Assembly: GCA_035084275.1 (NCBI GenBank)
Contig: CM068751.1
Coordinates: 5,456,001-5,520,000 of the forward strand
Direction of reading: 5' to 3'
Source: Hydrolagus colliei
Taxonomy: Eukaryota
DNA: 64,000 bases
Of the stretch, positions 26,942 to 38,846 are shown in pieces (positions within the stretch are counted from its first letter, which is position 1; the number at the start of each line of letters is the position of its first letter). The notes beneath the pieces are model-generated. The model saw nothing but the letters and a program-made list of their open reading frames with translations, made no database searches and was not told where the DNA came from. A program made the position numbers and the translations under genes.

Positions 26942-28109
26942 TATAATCATCACCCAAACAATTACTGTAGAACTTTATATAGAGGAGGGTTTTTTTTAGT
27001 GTCATTCTGAGATATTCTTTGTGTAATGGAGATAAATCTAATTTTCCAAAATTTCTTGCGTCGCACTCGAAGAGTTAACAGAGTACACACCAAAAGATTT
27101 TTCATTGATTTGTTTTGATCTGTGGAAAGACACTTTTAGAGTAGGTTTATAATAGATCAGCCTAAACTGGTTTCTAAATCCTAGTGTATTTAACTCCATG
27201 GGCAGCCAAGTCATGTGCTAATCCCAGTGTCACTCCAAAGTTTCCATAGTCTGGTTGGTTGTCAGGAACTCCCCAAAGGTCCACCCTCCTCTCACGATCC
27301 AGAGTTCTTCTCAGAGCTCTCCTCCACTGCATCTGCCGGCTTGTCCATGACTCTCACTTGGAAGGGAATGACTTAGTTTCAGCAGGGTTGTACAGTCAAC
27401 CCACAGTGAACGTGTGTGTTTCCTCCCTTTTAACAGGCACCTCTCCCAAAAAGAAAGTCAAAGTCCTGAGACAACAGCTGGGGCAGACTCTCTCTCTCTC
27501 TCACTGTTTCTTTCTCTTTCTTCTTTTTCACAAACTGTAGTTCCTTCATCTGCAGAGCAGGAAGAATATGACTGAAAGTTAAATGGTATGTGTACTATGC
27601 TTATTTATGTAATATGAGCTTTCTTCTTGATACTGTATTGACTTCAGGCTGGTCACTGTTTTACTAAATGAACTGCAGTTAGCAGTCCCTGTACTTATGT
27701 GCCCAAGAAGAAATCCTTTGTGAAAGTCTGTGTTAAAGAGGAGAGCTCAGTGTGGCATGACATTTCAGTCATTTGCACTGGGCCTATCTTGTTTATAGTG
27801 GAAGAGAATATGAAGTTAGAAGATGTGTAACTTCAGGAGTCAGTCATAGTTGGGGTATGGAAAGTGTATGTGTTTTCCTGAATTCTAAAGGTGCAATTAA
27901 TCAGCCCGCCGCTTAATGATGGTTGTCGTAAATGCTTATGCTGATTGGTGCACTGTGTTGAATCTTGACTGTGCTTTTACATCAAGGTGCTGTTCTTCTC
28001 ATGGTGGTGTTGACATCAGTTTGACACCGGGCTGTGTGAAGAGTTGTCTAGATGCTTTACTAAATGAACTGAAGGATCTATCTGCTTAGGCATTTCTGTA
28101 TGTGTGCAC

Positions 28110-28149
28110 TATATATATATATATACAGTATATATATATACATATATAT
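28110..28149. repeat. Interrupted (TA)n microsatellite
   Basis: Read directly from the sequence; TGTGCAC lies on both sides. Confidence 0.9.
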
Positions 28150-28496
28150 GTGCACGAGCATTTCAGCTATTTGTCTACAGTATTGTGGGCATTATGAATG
28201 TGGGTAAGGCATAACTATTGACCACACATGAAAATCAGTGCACAATCTGTTTGTGGACTGCACCTCGGGCGGTGTCAGTGATCAGTTGGCACATTATAGT
28301 TCAGTGACAACACATGAATATCCAGATGCTGTGTTCAGTTCTATGTATAACTGTTACTGGTATAATACTGCACTAGAGTTCGGTTATGGTGAGAGAAGAG
28401 TTTCTCCCTCTAGTGAGCTAAACGCAGATCACCCAAATCCTGCTTGATTTATACCTTGCAATAGCTTATAATATGATGTGTGAGTGTACGGTAGGA

Positions 28497-28576
28497 TTGG
28501 GACGTCCTCCTGACATGAAAGTCGCTATCCTGCAAGGATTATTATCGTACAAATGTAATTTGTTTGCTGTCGTTGT
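28497..28576 (+). mobile_element. L2 type-A tail interrupted by a short SINE-type terminus
   Basis: TTGGGACGTCCTCCTGACATGAAAGTCGCTAT [CCTGCAAGGATTATTATCGT] ACAAATGTAATTTG. Confidence 0.7.
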
Positions 28577-29389
28577 AGTGTATGAAGTGGGCATACATAG
28601 CAATGAATGTCTAATCGCAGGACGATAATCTAATAGAGAGGTTCAGATAATATAAAGCCAGGAGTGAAGCCACAGCAGTTCAGGAATATTGTCCATATCC
28701 CTTGCTTAGGTTTTGCTGTTACTTCGCTCCCTGGCCCCTAGTATTTGTAGGGATGTTGCCTTCACTAAAATAAGTTTGCCAAACGTTTTCTCGTTACTTT
28801 TAGACATCACGTAAATTGTGTCAGAACAGCAGGTCATTGACACGGTGAAACTGTTACCTTGAAGCTAACATGCAGTTCCTATAGCCCTCTTTTAAACAGC
28901 CACAAATGAGCCAAACATTTTTCCATGGTGACGATAACATAACCCCTTTTAATAACTTATGTGGAACTTTTACCTGTTCTTTTGTTGGTTAAGATTTCCA
29001 TTTTGAAGAACATTCCAATGTCTTGGCTGAGCCCCGAATGATGTACGCGGAATGGTATCGTAGTCTCTGGAGCCGCAGATTTGTGTCCAGAAAACAATTT
29101 GTGATAGATAAGGGAAATTGACATATGAAATGCTATTTCATTAGGAAAGGATACTTTTCAGGGTAGATCGGTGCTCAGGTATTCATGCTGCTTGTGTGTC
29201 AGTGACTTTCATCTGTGTCATAGTCCATGCCTAATCTGTGCAACTCATGTTCAGAACCTTAAACTCTGTATTGCTCTATAATGTGAGCTCACATTGTGCT
29301 TAAATTCTGTGTGTGTTGTATCCATCGGGGCTGCATCTTTCCGGTGCCTGTATTCTGTTTGTTGGTCTGGGCAGTAGTATGAAGGACAC

Positions 29390-29450
29390 TTTCATTGTCT
29401 TGGGACGTCCACCGAAGTGAAAGGTGCTATACAAACATAATTTGTTGCTG
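29390..29450 (+). mobile_element. L2 type-A tail only
   Basis: CTTGGGACGTCCACCGAAGTGAAAGGTGCTATACAAACATAATTTGTTGCTG. Confidence 0.75.
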
Positions 29451-30139
29451 AGGCGAGTTACCTTCTGCAGGAGGAGCTATACCAGCTCCATAGACTCTAG
29501 TTAATTACATTCTGCTGAATCTCTCCAAGGAAATGTCTATGATGAATTAATTACACATTGTGATTAAGCGAAATGGCTCCAGTGAAAGTCTACTTGTTAT
29601 GATTAATAACTTGAAGACTGTTCCGTTCTCTTCATGTCACAGGAGTGTCTTGCTGCAGGTGTGATGCAGTCAGACAGTTTCTGTACAACTTTTCTCCAAA
29701 TGCTCCCCGTCTTGGACCAGTGCCTGTCCGTTCTTGTTTAATTCAAATACTTTGTGAGACTAATTTGAAGAGAGATGTTTTTAAAGACTTATAAAACTGT
29801 ACGCCCTTTAGGCAGGTGATCAAGTTTTGACAAGACTTTACCTGCATCAAGATGTACTGATTTGGAGCTTAGGATACTGTTTTACAAATATACTGGGCTG
29901 CATTACCACTGTGGTGAGGTAATGTAAATATACTGTATCATAAATGTCTGTGTGGTGTGCCCTGTATTGCAATTTACTGGAGGGCTGTTATGTGAGAAAT
30001 GGTTACGCTATGTACAGTACTGTATACATATCTATATTATCAGCCTACATTTACCTTAATTCCAGCTTTTCCCCTTTCATTGTCACTGCACCTTCTCTGA
30101 AATCACTGAAACCAGTGACTTGTCCAAAAGTCCTTTGGA

Positions 30140-30281
30140 CTGAAGACTTTTCTTTTCGACCACGCTTTTGGTCACCCTTTTCTCCCTCCCCCTGGCTCGG
30201 CCCCGAAATCCGTTACTGTGAAGCACTGTGAGATGCCGTCCGGCATGGAGGGCGCTATATAAATCCAGGTGGTTGTTGTTG
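30140..30281 (+). mobile_element. L2 3' end, tail type B
   Basis: Matches the reverse complement of 12430-12570 (GAGATGCCGTCCGGCATGGAGGGCGCTATATAAATCCA). Confidence 0.9.
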
Positions 30282-33200
30282 ATCATTCTTCATGTGTGAG
30301 CCTGAACATTGTGTGGAAGCAGGACAGATCACTGTAAATGATGGAATAGTGTGGTAAGGAACTAAAACCCCAGTTCGTTATTGCCCCTGCCTTCTCAAGC
30401 ACACGGATGTGCTCCAACTAAGTTGAGTTAACTCATTGCAGGCTGAGAATTGAATTCCTTATTTCAAATAGAACTTGGATTAAATCATAGCTGTGCTCTC
30501 ACTCTTTACAAATTAACCCAAATTTCTTAAAATTGAACCATTATCGTTCTAGCTTTTGGCTGAAAAATGATGCTGCCTCTGAGGATTGCACATTTCTCCT
30601 GTGAGTAGGTTTTCCAGCAAACAACAGACATTCAAATCATTACTTATTTTTCAGTGCAACTTAATTACTATTTTTGATAAAAGATTAATGATATCAAACT
30701 TTTCCTCTGTCGCAGGAATTACTTGCAATTTCTCAGCCTTTCCTGCCATCTGACAAACAATAAATCAAAGTACTGTAGTGTTAATCTGGTTTAAATAGCC
30801 GTGCTTAATTTCTGTGTTTAACTCATCACCATCATTCAGTTAAAGACAACCAGCAGTTTATTGTACTGGTGAGCTTTCGCCCCTCATACTGTAGCTATCG
30901 TTCAGGTTTGGTTGCCCTTTTCTAATCATTAAGAATCACAAGGGGTATAGGTACCCTGATATCTCAGTAAAAGGTATTGATCAGTGTGGACTTAATGCAT
31001 ATTGCACCAAAAGGTTGGGTCCCCAGTGTGTGCTACTAATCAAAGCTTTGTTTGGAGTATGGGGCACTGCAACTGAAAATGTGTCACGACTGAGCTACAC
31101 TGTGACAGGATTGATTAAAGCAAGGATTAGTTTTAATAGTTTGCCTATTTTAAACTGCTTAAACAGTTAAATGATCAGACAGCAATGGGAAATAGCTTAC
31201 TAAGTACAATGACTCGCCACTGCTCTAAGAAATTGATAGCTTAAGGGTAAAATGTTTCACTATGTTGGTTAGAAGTTTTGGTTAACTAATATTAAGGAAT
31301 ATCAATGGGAAGAGAGGTGCAAAAGCTCTTGCTTATATGAACAGTGTATAACTATGTGAAGAGCAAAGGTACAGATAGCTATGTAGAGTTAAAATGTTGT
31401 CGGAGATTCTTTGAGATTCAATTTTGATTAATTGGTTAGGTATTTGAATGGGTTTTACTGGGTAATAGGAGTCAGTGTAACAAATATTAAATTTTTTGCA
31501 AGATTGTATTTACGAAGGCATGGAAGGCGTAATTCAATGCGATCTGCCATCATTGTATAGCGGTAGTAGAAAAGTAAGGAGTTTATATATGGACGGCTTA
31601 GTGTGGCTGTGTTGATCCGACTGTGTGAATCAGAATCGGTCTCTTCTGGAAAATTGCAGGATAATGGCATAGTCAAATATCCAAACAGGACACTTAAGTA
31701 AAGTTGTATTAAATTACAGAAAAAATGAGATAGATAGACAGACATAGTAATAAATAAGACATGCAGCTACAGGTCTAGTGTAACCTGGCAGTAGTCCAGC
31801 TTCTTGTTTGTCATAAAGATTTTCTAATAGGCCGGTTAACATTCCAGGTAGCTTAGTCAGTGGTATGTTGGAAGTTGGATCAGAAGGTTCTGTGTTCAAA
31901 TCCCAGTGGGTCCCTTCAGCCACTTGTACTTCAAAGTCCATTCACGTCTAAAGCAAACTCCTGTGGTGGGAGGTGTACCAGGGTGCAGGTTGGTGAGGTA
32001 AGTAGGGACTCTCTCTAGTATTTAACTGTCTGTAAGGGAACACACCAGGCAAAGCCAGGCATTTGTGCAGTTACGTCTGTCTCATCAATCAGACTTGGAT
32101 GTAGACATATCCTTGACTCTTCATGTCAAAGCCTCCGAAGATAGTGTTCCCAGCTGAACTGTGGAAATGTACCAGTGTTCTTCCTCACGGTTATCATTAC
32201 AAACGAAAGCAAAGTTTCTAATAGCGGATGACTGTCATTGGAGATGTGCACATTTCAAAAGTCTCATTTATTCTAGTATTTGGTTCAGTAGCATCTGGCT
32301 GGCACATTTAGATGTGAAGTAGTTACATGTCAGAACATAGGTAATCTCTGGATCTTGAATCGTGTGTCATAAAAGAGCAGCACTATATCCATTCATTCTC
32401 AATACAGTGTTACATTTTTCACCCACATATATCCAACAAACTAATAGTACAATATTCCAATTGAACACAGTAGAAAGGATATGAGGAGTCCAAACTCCTA
32501 ATGAAAATTAGGCTGGTCCAATTCTTATTTTGGTCACGAAATGTCATTGACATATTTATAACAACCCACACTTATTGCCAAGTTAGAATTCACTTGTCAC
32601 TTGAAAATGATTGGTATACAACACTCAGATTCAAATCCCCAGTCACTCTCAGCTCGAAGTAAAAACATTAACTATGTGACCGAAGTGGTAATCCAAAACT
32701 GTTTGGTGCACAAACAGGGTTGATGTGAGCATGAATGCTACGAGATCAACTTTCATTTCAAACATACTTACTCAGTCTGACCTGCGTGCAATTCAAACAA
32801 GACTTTAGAAAATGCTGCCTTTGGGATTAGACTGCTGTTGGTATAGAGAACGCCAGTAGATATTGCCTATTATAGGCAGATTGAGAGGGGTTATTGCTAA
32901 ACAGAAAGTATATACAGTACCTTTAAAAGAAATCTTATGATATTGTGATAACCTTTTGCTACATCAAAACATAACCACGATCGTTGCAAAACAATATATA
33001 ATTGGTACAAACGAAAAATCAAGAAGAAATATGTTTTCTCAAACTGATGTTAATAAATGCCTAATTCAATGAGGGTAACATTATTATCAGCCATAAAGGC
33101 TTGGATTCATTTTTTTATTTCCATCATTTTATCTTGAAGAATTTCTTTTGACAAACCCCTTACTTGTTTGAAATGGGGGAAGAGATGTGTGCATCATGTT

Positions 33201-33389
33201 CAAATGATGACTTTGCACCCCAAGAATGTAACTTTGTATTTTGGCATGAACTGTTTTACATCACTGTACTGTATTGCCTGTTTGTAAACACCAGCGAAAA
33301 AAATGCATGTTACATTGTGGGATTTGAACACCCAGATTAGGATTGTGCCCCTTAAAAAAGGTTTGCACAGAAGAATCGTGTTATTTGAC

Positions 33390-33640
33390 AATAGAAGCGT
33401 ACAGCACAGAAATAGGCCATTCAGCCCATCACTTTAGCATTATTTCCCAATTTGAAGTCGATACAGTACAAACATGATCAATATCTGAGCCGTATATAAT
33501 AAGTATTACTTGATAAGAGTGAGAAGTTGACTGATTTCTTCTCCTCCTTGCTTGAAATACCCTTTATTATTCCTCTTTCAAAAGAGTTTATTTAACAACA
33601 ATTTCTGGAAATAAATTCCACATTCCTACCACTCCTTGTG
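33390..33640 (-). mobile_element. CR1 3' relics
   Basis: ATAGAA..TACAGCACAGAAATAGGCCATTCAGCCCATC end and AAATTCCACATTCCTACCACTC. Confidence 0.55.
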
Positions 33641-34139
33641 TTACTGTTGGCTCATATCAATGTAATTTTGGCAATCTTGATTCATATTTTGCCGGTATGC
33701 AACATCAACATGGGTTGCAATGATTTTAATCAGAAATTCTGTTGTTCACAATCACAAAAGCAAGGTTTTAGATTTTGTGGGCCTCGTTTACACAGAAATT
33801 CCCATTAAATTGATGTTTTTGACCATATGTATCAATTGAAATGTAACGCTTCAAAGTTATATTTGCAATGTAATTATGTATGTTTCTAATGTCAACATTC
33901 CTGCTTGATTTACTTCCCAATTTGAAGTCAGTAATATCGCTAACAGTGAGAAATTGACTGATTTTCAAACTTTGAGATTGGCTTTGGAGAGGCAGAGACA
34001 AAATTCAAGTTCTTTAAAACCTAAAGCCTGGATTACTTAAACTGGTGATACAAACCCAACTTTGAACAAGATGGTTCTAATTCAGGCAGCCCAGTGTAAG
34101 TAAAATTATTCAGTTTAGCTTAAGATAAGGATGGCAAAT

Positions 34140-34213
34140 AAACAACAGCAACAAAATTACAAGTGTATAGTGCCTTTCACATCAGGAGGATGTCCCGAGG
34201 CACTGGACAGTCG
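34140..34213 (-). mobile_element. L2 type-A tail only
   Basis: AACAACAGCAACAAAATTACAAGTGTATAGTGCCTTTCACATCAGGAGGATGTCCCGAGGCACTGGACAGTC. Confidence 0.85.
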
Positions 34214-35266
34214 GTGTTTCTGTGTCATATAGAGTTTAACTTTAATTGGATATATTACTACCACCCCGTCTCCCAATAGACCGATTATATTCAAACAAAA
34301 CCATGAGGCTACAAATTCTCACACTCACTAAATTGCCAAGTATTAGAGAAAGGGTTCACTAGACTCTACTGGGAATTGCTTCTGTCCCCATTAATTGTGA
34401 ACTGACAACATGGTACATGTTTTCAAAGTAAGTAATATGGTTAGTTGTGGAGTCTGCAGACCTGCAAGCACTCCCAGCTCTGAGTCAGATACTCACGGGT
34501 TCTAGGACGCTGGAACTTTTTGCGTAGGCTAACAGTGGGTTGTCGGATATATTCCATGAAGTAATACTAGATTGGCAATACAATATGAGATTGGATATGA
34601 TTTGAATTAGACAGATGCTATGCCAAATTGGTTCTGGGCATGATTCAGTAAGATGCCTCAGCATTTGTGAATCAACAGATGCTTTGAACGCACTGAAATA
34701 GAATCTCTTCTGGTATGCTGGGCTGAAAACGAAATGTTTCAGAACAGATTCGACTTGGATAAGTATAGAAATGGTTAAAAAAAATTGCATTTTTCACCCC
34801 CACTATTTTTTTCAAGTACTGTAGTTGCATTCAGAATTTCAGCTACCACTAATTGGCCATAAACAGGAAATTGGAATGGTAGTAAAATCTAAACATTAAA
34901 AACATTGGGTACTTCAGACTAGATAAGATCAGTCCAGCCCACTACATCACAGTGCTCCCTTACCCACGTCAAACTTCACCTATTAGTCGGGGGGTAAAGG
35001 GAATTTTACAATGCTGTAGTTTTTCTGTTAGTTAGAGGAATGTCGCCCTTTAAGGAGACCCTGGCAGTCTTATTGTTTCCTCACAGAATATTCATAATAG
35101 TCTTGAAATGTTTTAACTTTTCTTTTGCACCAAACAGTATGTTGTTGTGTTGTGTGCCTCCAAATGCTTTGGGTGCTCAAACAGAGGTTTGCATTGTTCA
35201 CTGAATGCAGTGTGACATCCACATTTTATCTACTCCTCGAATAAAAGCCCAAGTTCAAGCAGGAGG

Positions 35267-35295
35267 AGTGGGGTGTGGGGGGGGGGGGGGGGGGA
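35267..35295. repeat. Poly-G / G-rich tract
   Basis: Read directly from the sequence. Confidence 0.9.
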
Positions 35296-36277
35296 GAGGA
35301 ATGAAAGTAAGAAAATGAACAAAGACCTTCCTTGATGCATTAGTTTCACTGTCTATGTTTACTGTGGTGACAAAAGGATTGAATATCTGTTCTTCAAGGA
35401 CAAGATAACCTGAACAACCATTGTAAAGAAGCTGAACATGGCTGCTGTACATAAAATTACAGTTTTGCATCAAACTTAGAAAAGCTGTTTGTATAAGATT
35501 GGGTAGAAGTTCAAAGAGAAGATGAAGGCACAATTAGATCCCTTTTTCCATTACTGATAATGGAGATGAGAACTGTAAGGATGAATGAGCCTGGGCAACT
35601 TGTCCACCATAAATCTTGGCATAAGCACCCACAGGGGGACAGAAAGCCAGTGTAGAGAATATTGCTTGGCTAATAAAAGAAGGTTAATGGACACCTTGGG
35701 GAACAAATGGAAACTGTTACAAGACTCTAAACAATGACAAGCTCTCTCTTTTAATCTAAACACATTTTATCTTTGTGACATTCATTCAGAGAGGCTTTGC
35801 TAAAAAAAATCACTTGATTGCAAAACACCGTTTTCTTTCTCTCTGTGGAAACTTTTCCTGCAGGTACTAGAAATAGAAAATACGGGAAAATTGATGTAAA
35901 CACATGCTATTTACCAGCAAGTAGAAAATAACTCCTTTATTCCAGGAATCGTATCAGATTTCATATTATGTTATATTCATATTATTCTCGACTGGAATCA
36001 TTTCCAATTCCAAAGAACTTCCTATGTGGCATCATCTTCTGTCCAATTAGCTTGTGGCAAATCTCCCGTAGTCTCCATTGTGGAGCTGTGCACAAAGACA
36101 GGATCCAGGGCAGCAGAAGATTGATGGTGTTTGGTCAAACATCATTAATCTTCATCCGTTTTTGGCCATTGGATCTTTAACGTCCACCTGAATAGGCAGA
36201 CATGGCTCCCAGTTTAACATTTCATCCGAAGGGCAGGACCTCCCAACAATGCAGCACATCCAGCACTTTGTTGTGTC

Positions 36278-36903
36278 ATAATAATAATAATCCTTGCATT
36301 TGATACATCTTCTAGACCAGTGGTTCTCAACCTTTTTCAGTAATGTACCCCTTGTTAATTTTCAATATTACCATGTACCCCCACCCTACCACATACACCC
36401 CCACCCTACACACACACACACCACCACCCACCTCACTCCACTTGCATTTTATGACCAAGCTTTTCTTATATAACACAATAACTAGCACATACAAAGGAAA
36501 TAACAATTAAATATACAATTTGGAAGGCTATAAAACACTAAATAAGAGAGCTAAATAAATCAATGTATCGCCACCTGTACCCCTGGAATTAATTTTTTAC
36601 CTCCTGAGGTACATGTACCTCTGATTGAGAACCACTGGTCTAGACGTCTCAAGGCGCATCACAGAATATAATGTAAAGTGAATTGACTGAATATGTATGT
36701 GGGTGGAACATGGCAGCCAATTGCTCACAGCAGTGTCCCACAAACCGTGGATTTAAATGACCAATTTGTCATTGTTCTTTCAAGAGATTATTATCAGGCA
36801 TATGGAGTAAGGAAACTTGCCCAGGGTTTTGCCCTGCCTGGAATCAAACCCAGATCTCTCGCTTGCAGGGCGAGTGCTCTAACCACTGAGCTACAGGACT
36901 CCA
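36278..36903 (-). mobile_element. Full-length tRNA-derived SINE interrupted by a hAT MITE
   Basis: Minus-strand head GGAGTCCTGTAGCTCAGTGGTTAGAGCACTCGCCCTGCAAGCGAGAGATCTGGGTTTGATTCC, core, and (AAT)nCCTTGCATTTGAT tail. Confidence 0.92.
36318..36637. mobile_element. hAT-Charlie-type non-autonomous DNA transposon (320 bp)
   Basis: Perfect 13-bp TIRs CAGTGGTTCTCAA/TTGAGAACCACTG. 8-bp TSD TTCTAGAC/GTCTAGAC fits the Charlie NTCTAGAN preference. Repeated subterminal TGTACC motifs. Confidence 0.92.
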
Positions 36904-38782
36904 CAATAGTCATCTTAGATTATGAGTTCAATGTCCAAATATGGGGCTTCAACCCACAACCTTATGACTCAGAGTGAAAGAGTGGTTCGAACTGAGCCAA
37001 GTTTGCGTAAATATAAATATATATATATATGATGTTATTCTTTGTAAACAAAACTCACAGAAACCTGTTAAGTTGTGTCATCTTGCAGCAGGATTACTCA
37101 AGTAAGTGCAGTTTTTCAAGAATATTCGGTCTGCTCTTTTGTAGGTTACATAATCTTCATTCTTCCCACAGGAAAATGTGGTGGAAACTTCATCCAATTT
37201 AAAGAACCAAATTTGGAATCTGGCACATTTGGATGTCGTCCCACGGGACACAAGGGATTCATACTAGGAACAGAATTTATTAATTTTTTTAAAATGGAAA
37301 GTCCTACTCATTTAAATTGTAAAAGTATTACCGGTTTATTGTTTAATTGTAAGCAATAATAAAGGAAGCTCCACCCAGGTCAAGTCCAATGTCACTTGTG
37401 TTGTGGAACCCATTATGTAGCTGTTAATGAATTGCTTCTGAATCCATTATGCAACGTCACAGAAATTCTTGGTCACAAATGGATTTCTTTTCTGTTTTCT
37501 CGCCTTATGGATCTGACTATGTCATGCGCCATCTATTGCACATATCTTCATACTGTAATTTTTTTTACGTTTAATGAAAAGACCACATTCTTTCAAACTT
37601 AATTCAACAATTAGGCAAATTCTGGTTGTGCTATAGTGCTACATCAATGAAATAAGTTCAGATTCAGGTGGAACTTCTCCCCAGCTGTGCCCAGATATCA
37701 GGATTCTCTTACACTACTTGCAGTCTGGATAGTTGTTGGTAATAGTCAATGGAACCTATTTTTTTTAGAAGCATAAAAGACAGCGACAATATATTACCTG
37801 AGTGCTACCAATCTGTTATCAGTTATCAATCTGAACCAGTTCAAATACAAAGTTCAAGTTTGAATCAGTCCCTTCAAAATAACGAAACTAAGACTATTAG
37901 ACTGTCCTTGTTTTCAAAGCATCCCAAACTGATTAGATACTAAATTGTAGGCACTAGCAGCGCGCAAGCAGTCGATTCAACTCGTCAAGTTGTTTCCTGT
38001 TTCGTTCATTAGACATGTGAACTTAACTTGTATCGTAATTATCCTCAATGCTGGTTTTCAATGAGGGAGAGGAACTAACTAACATCCACAAGATAATAGT
38101 TTAAAACTTGTTTTTATTTACTTTGCCTTGGGTCGGTTTTCTTGGATGAAAAGATTTCTTCTGTCTTCACAAGTCTCTGAATTCACCTGACGAGTTCTTT
38201 CTGTAACTGCATTTCTAACCCCATCAATTCTCTGTTGCATTCCCTTGTAGTATACAGTAATTGAGCTAGTAAGGCGACTGACAGTAAGCAGAAATTTGTT
38301 TTATTGTGGAACGTGTGCTTTGTCAAAAAGGACCCCTTCTTTAAGCTATATATTTTTTCTCCATTTTATTATTGGTGTTGCACCAAAGAGAGGACTAGAC
38401 CTGCTCACAGCCCCTCACAAATTCCGCTTGAGAAGCTTCCTGAGGTGACTTTCATTGAGCAATGCTCCCTATATTCAATCTTCCCTCCAACTTGACCCCA
38501 CCTCATATAAATGGGATCCATGGCTCAACCCCTCGTGGTTCTATCTGTTTATAATAACTAATTAACTGATATCCAGTAGCACTCATTGACTTTACCCGTC
38601 TCTTTCCCGGCCTACTCAATCTGAACAACTAGTCTGGTGTATAACCGTGGGTTATTCTGTGTCCTGCAGCTTCACCCAAACCTTTAAACCTTTAAAGGAA
38701 ATCTAAACAAACTGCTTATATTTCACTCACTTGAAGCAGTTGATTAGTTTGATGATGTGCTTCCTTTTTTTGCACATCCTTT

Positions 38783-38846
38783 AAGTGCTTTGGGACACTA
38801 CCCTGCGCGGAGGGCGCTATATAAGTGCATATTGTTGTTGTTGTAG
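38783..38846 (+). mobile_element. L2-type tail only
   Basis: AAGTGCTTTGGGACAC...GGAGGGCGCTATATAAGTGCATA(TTG)n. Confidence 0.75.

Larger units (their letters stand above)
36150..37001 (-). mobile_element. Old DeuSINE split by a younger SINE
   Basis: Deu body at about 36150-36277 (GGATCTTTAACGTCCACCTGA...TTTAACATTTCATCCGAAGG...CTCCCAACAATGCAGCAC). tRNA-like head at about 36908-37001 (AACCCACAACCTTATGACTCAGAG...AACTGAGCCAAG). Confidence 0.75.
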
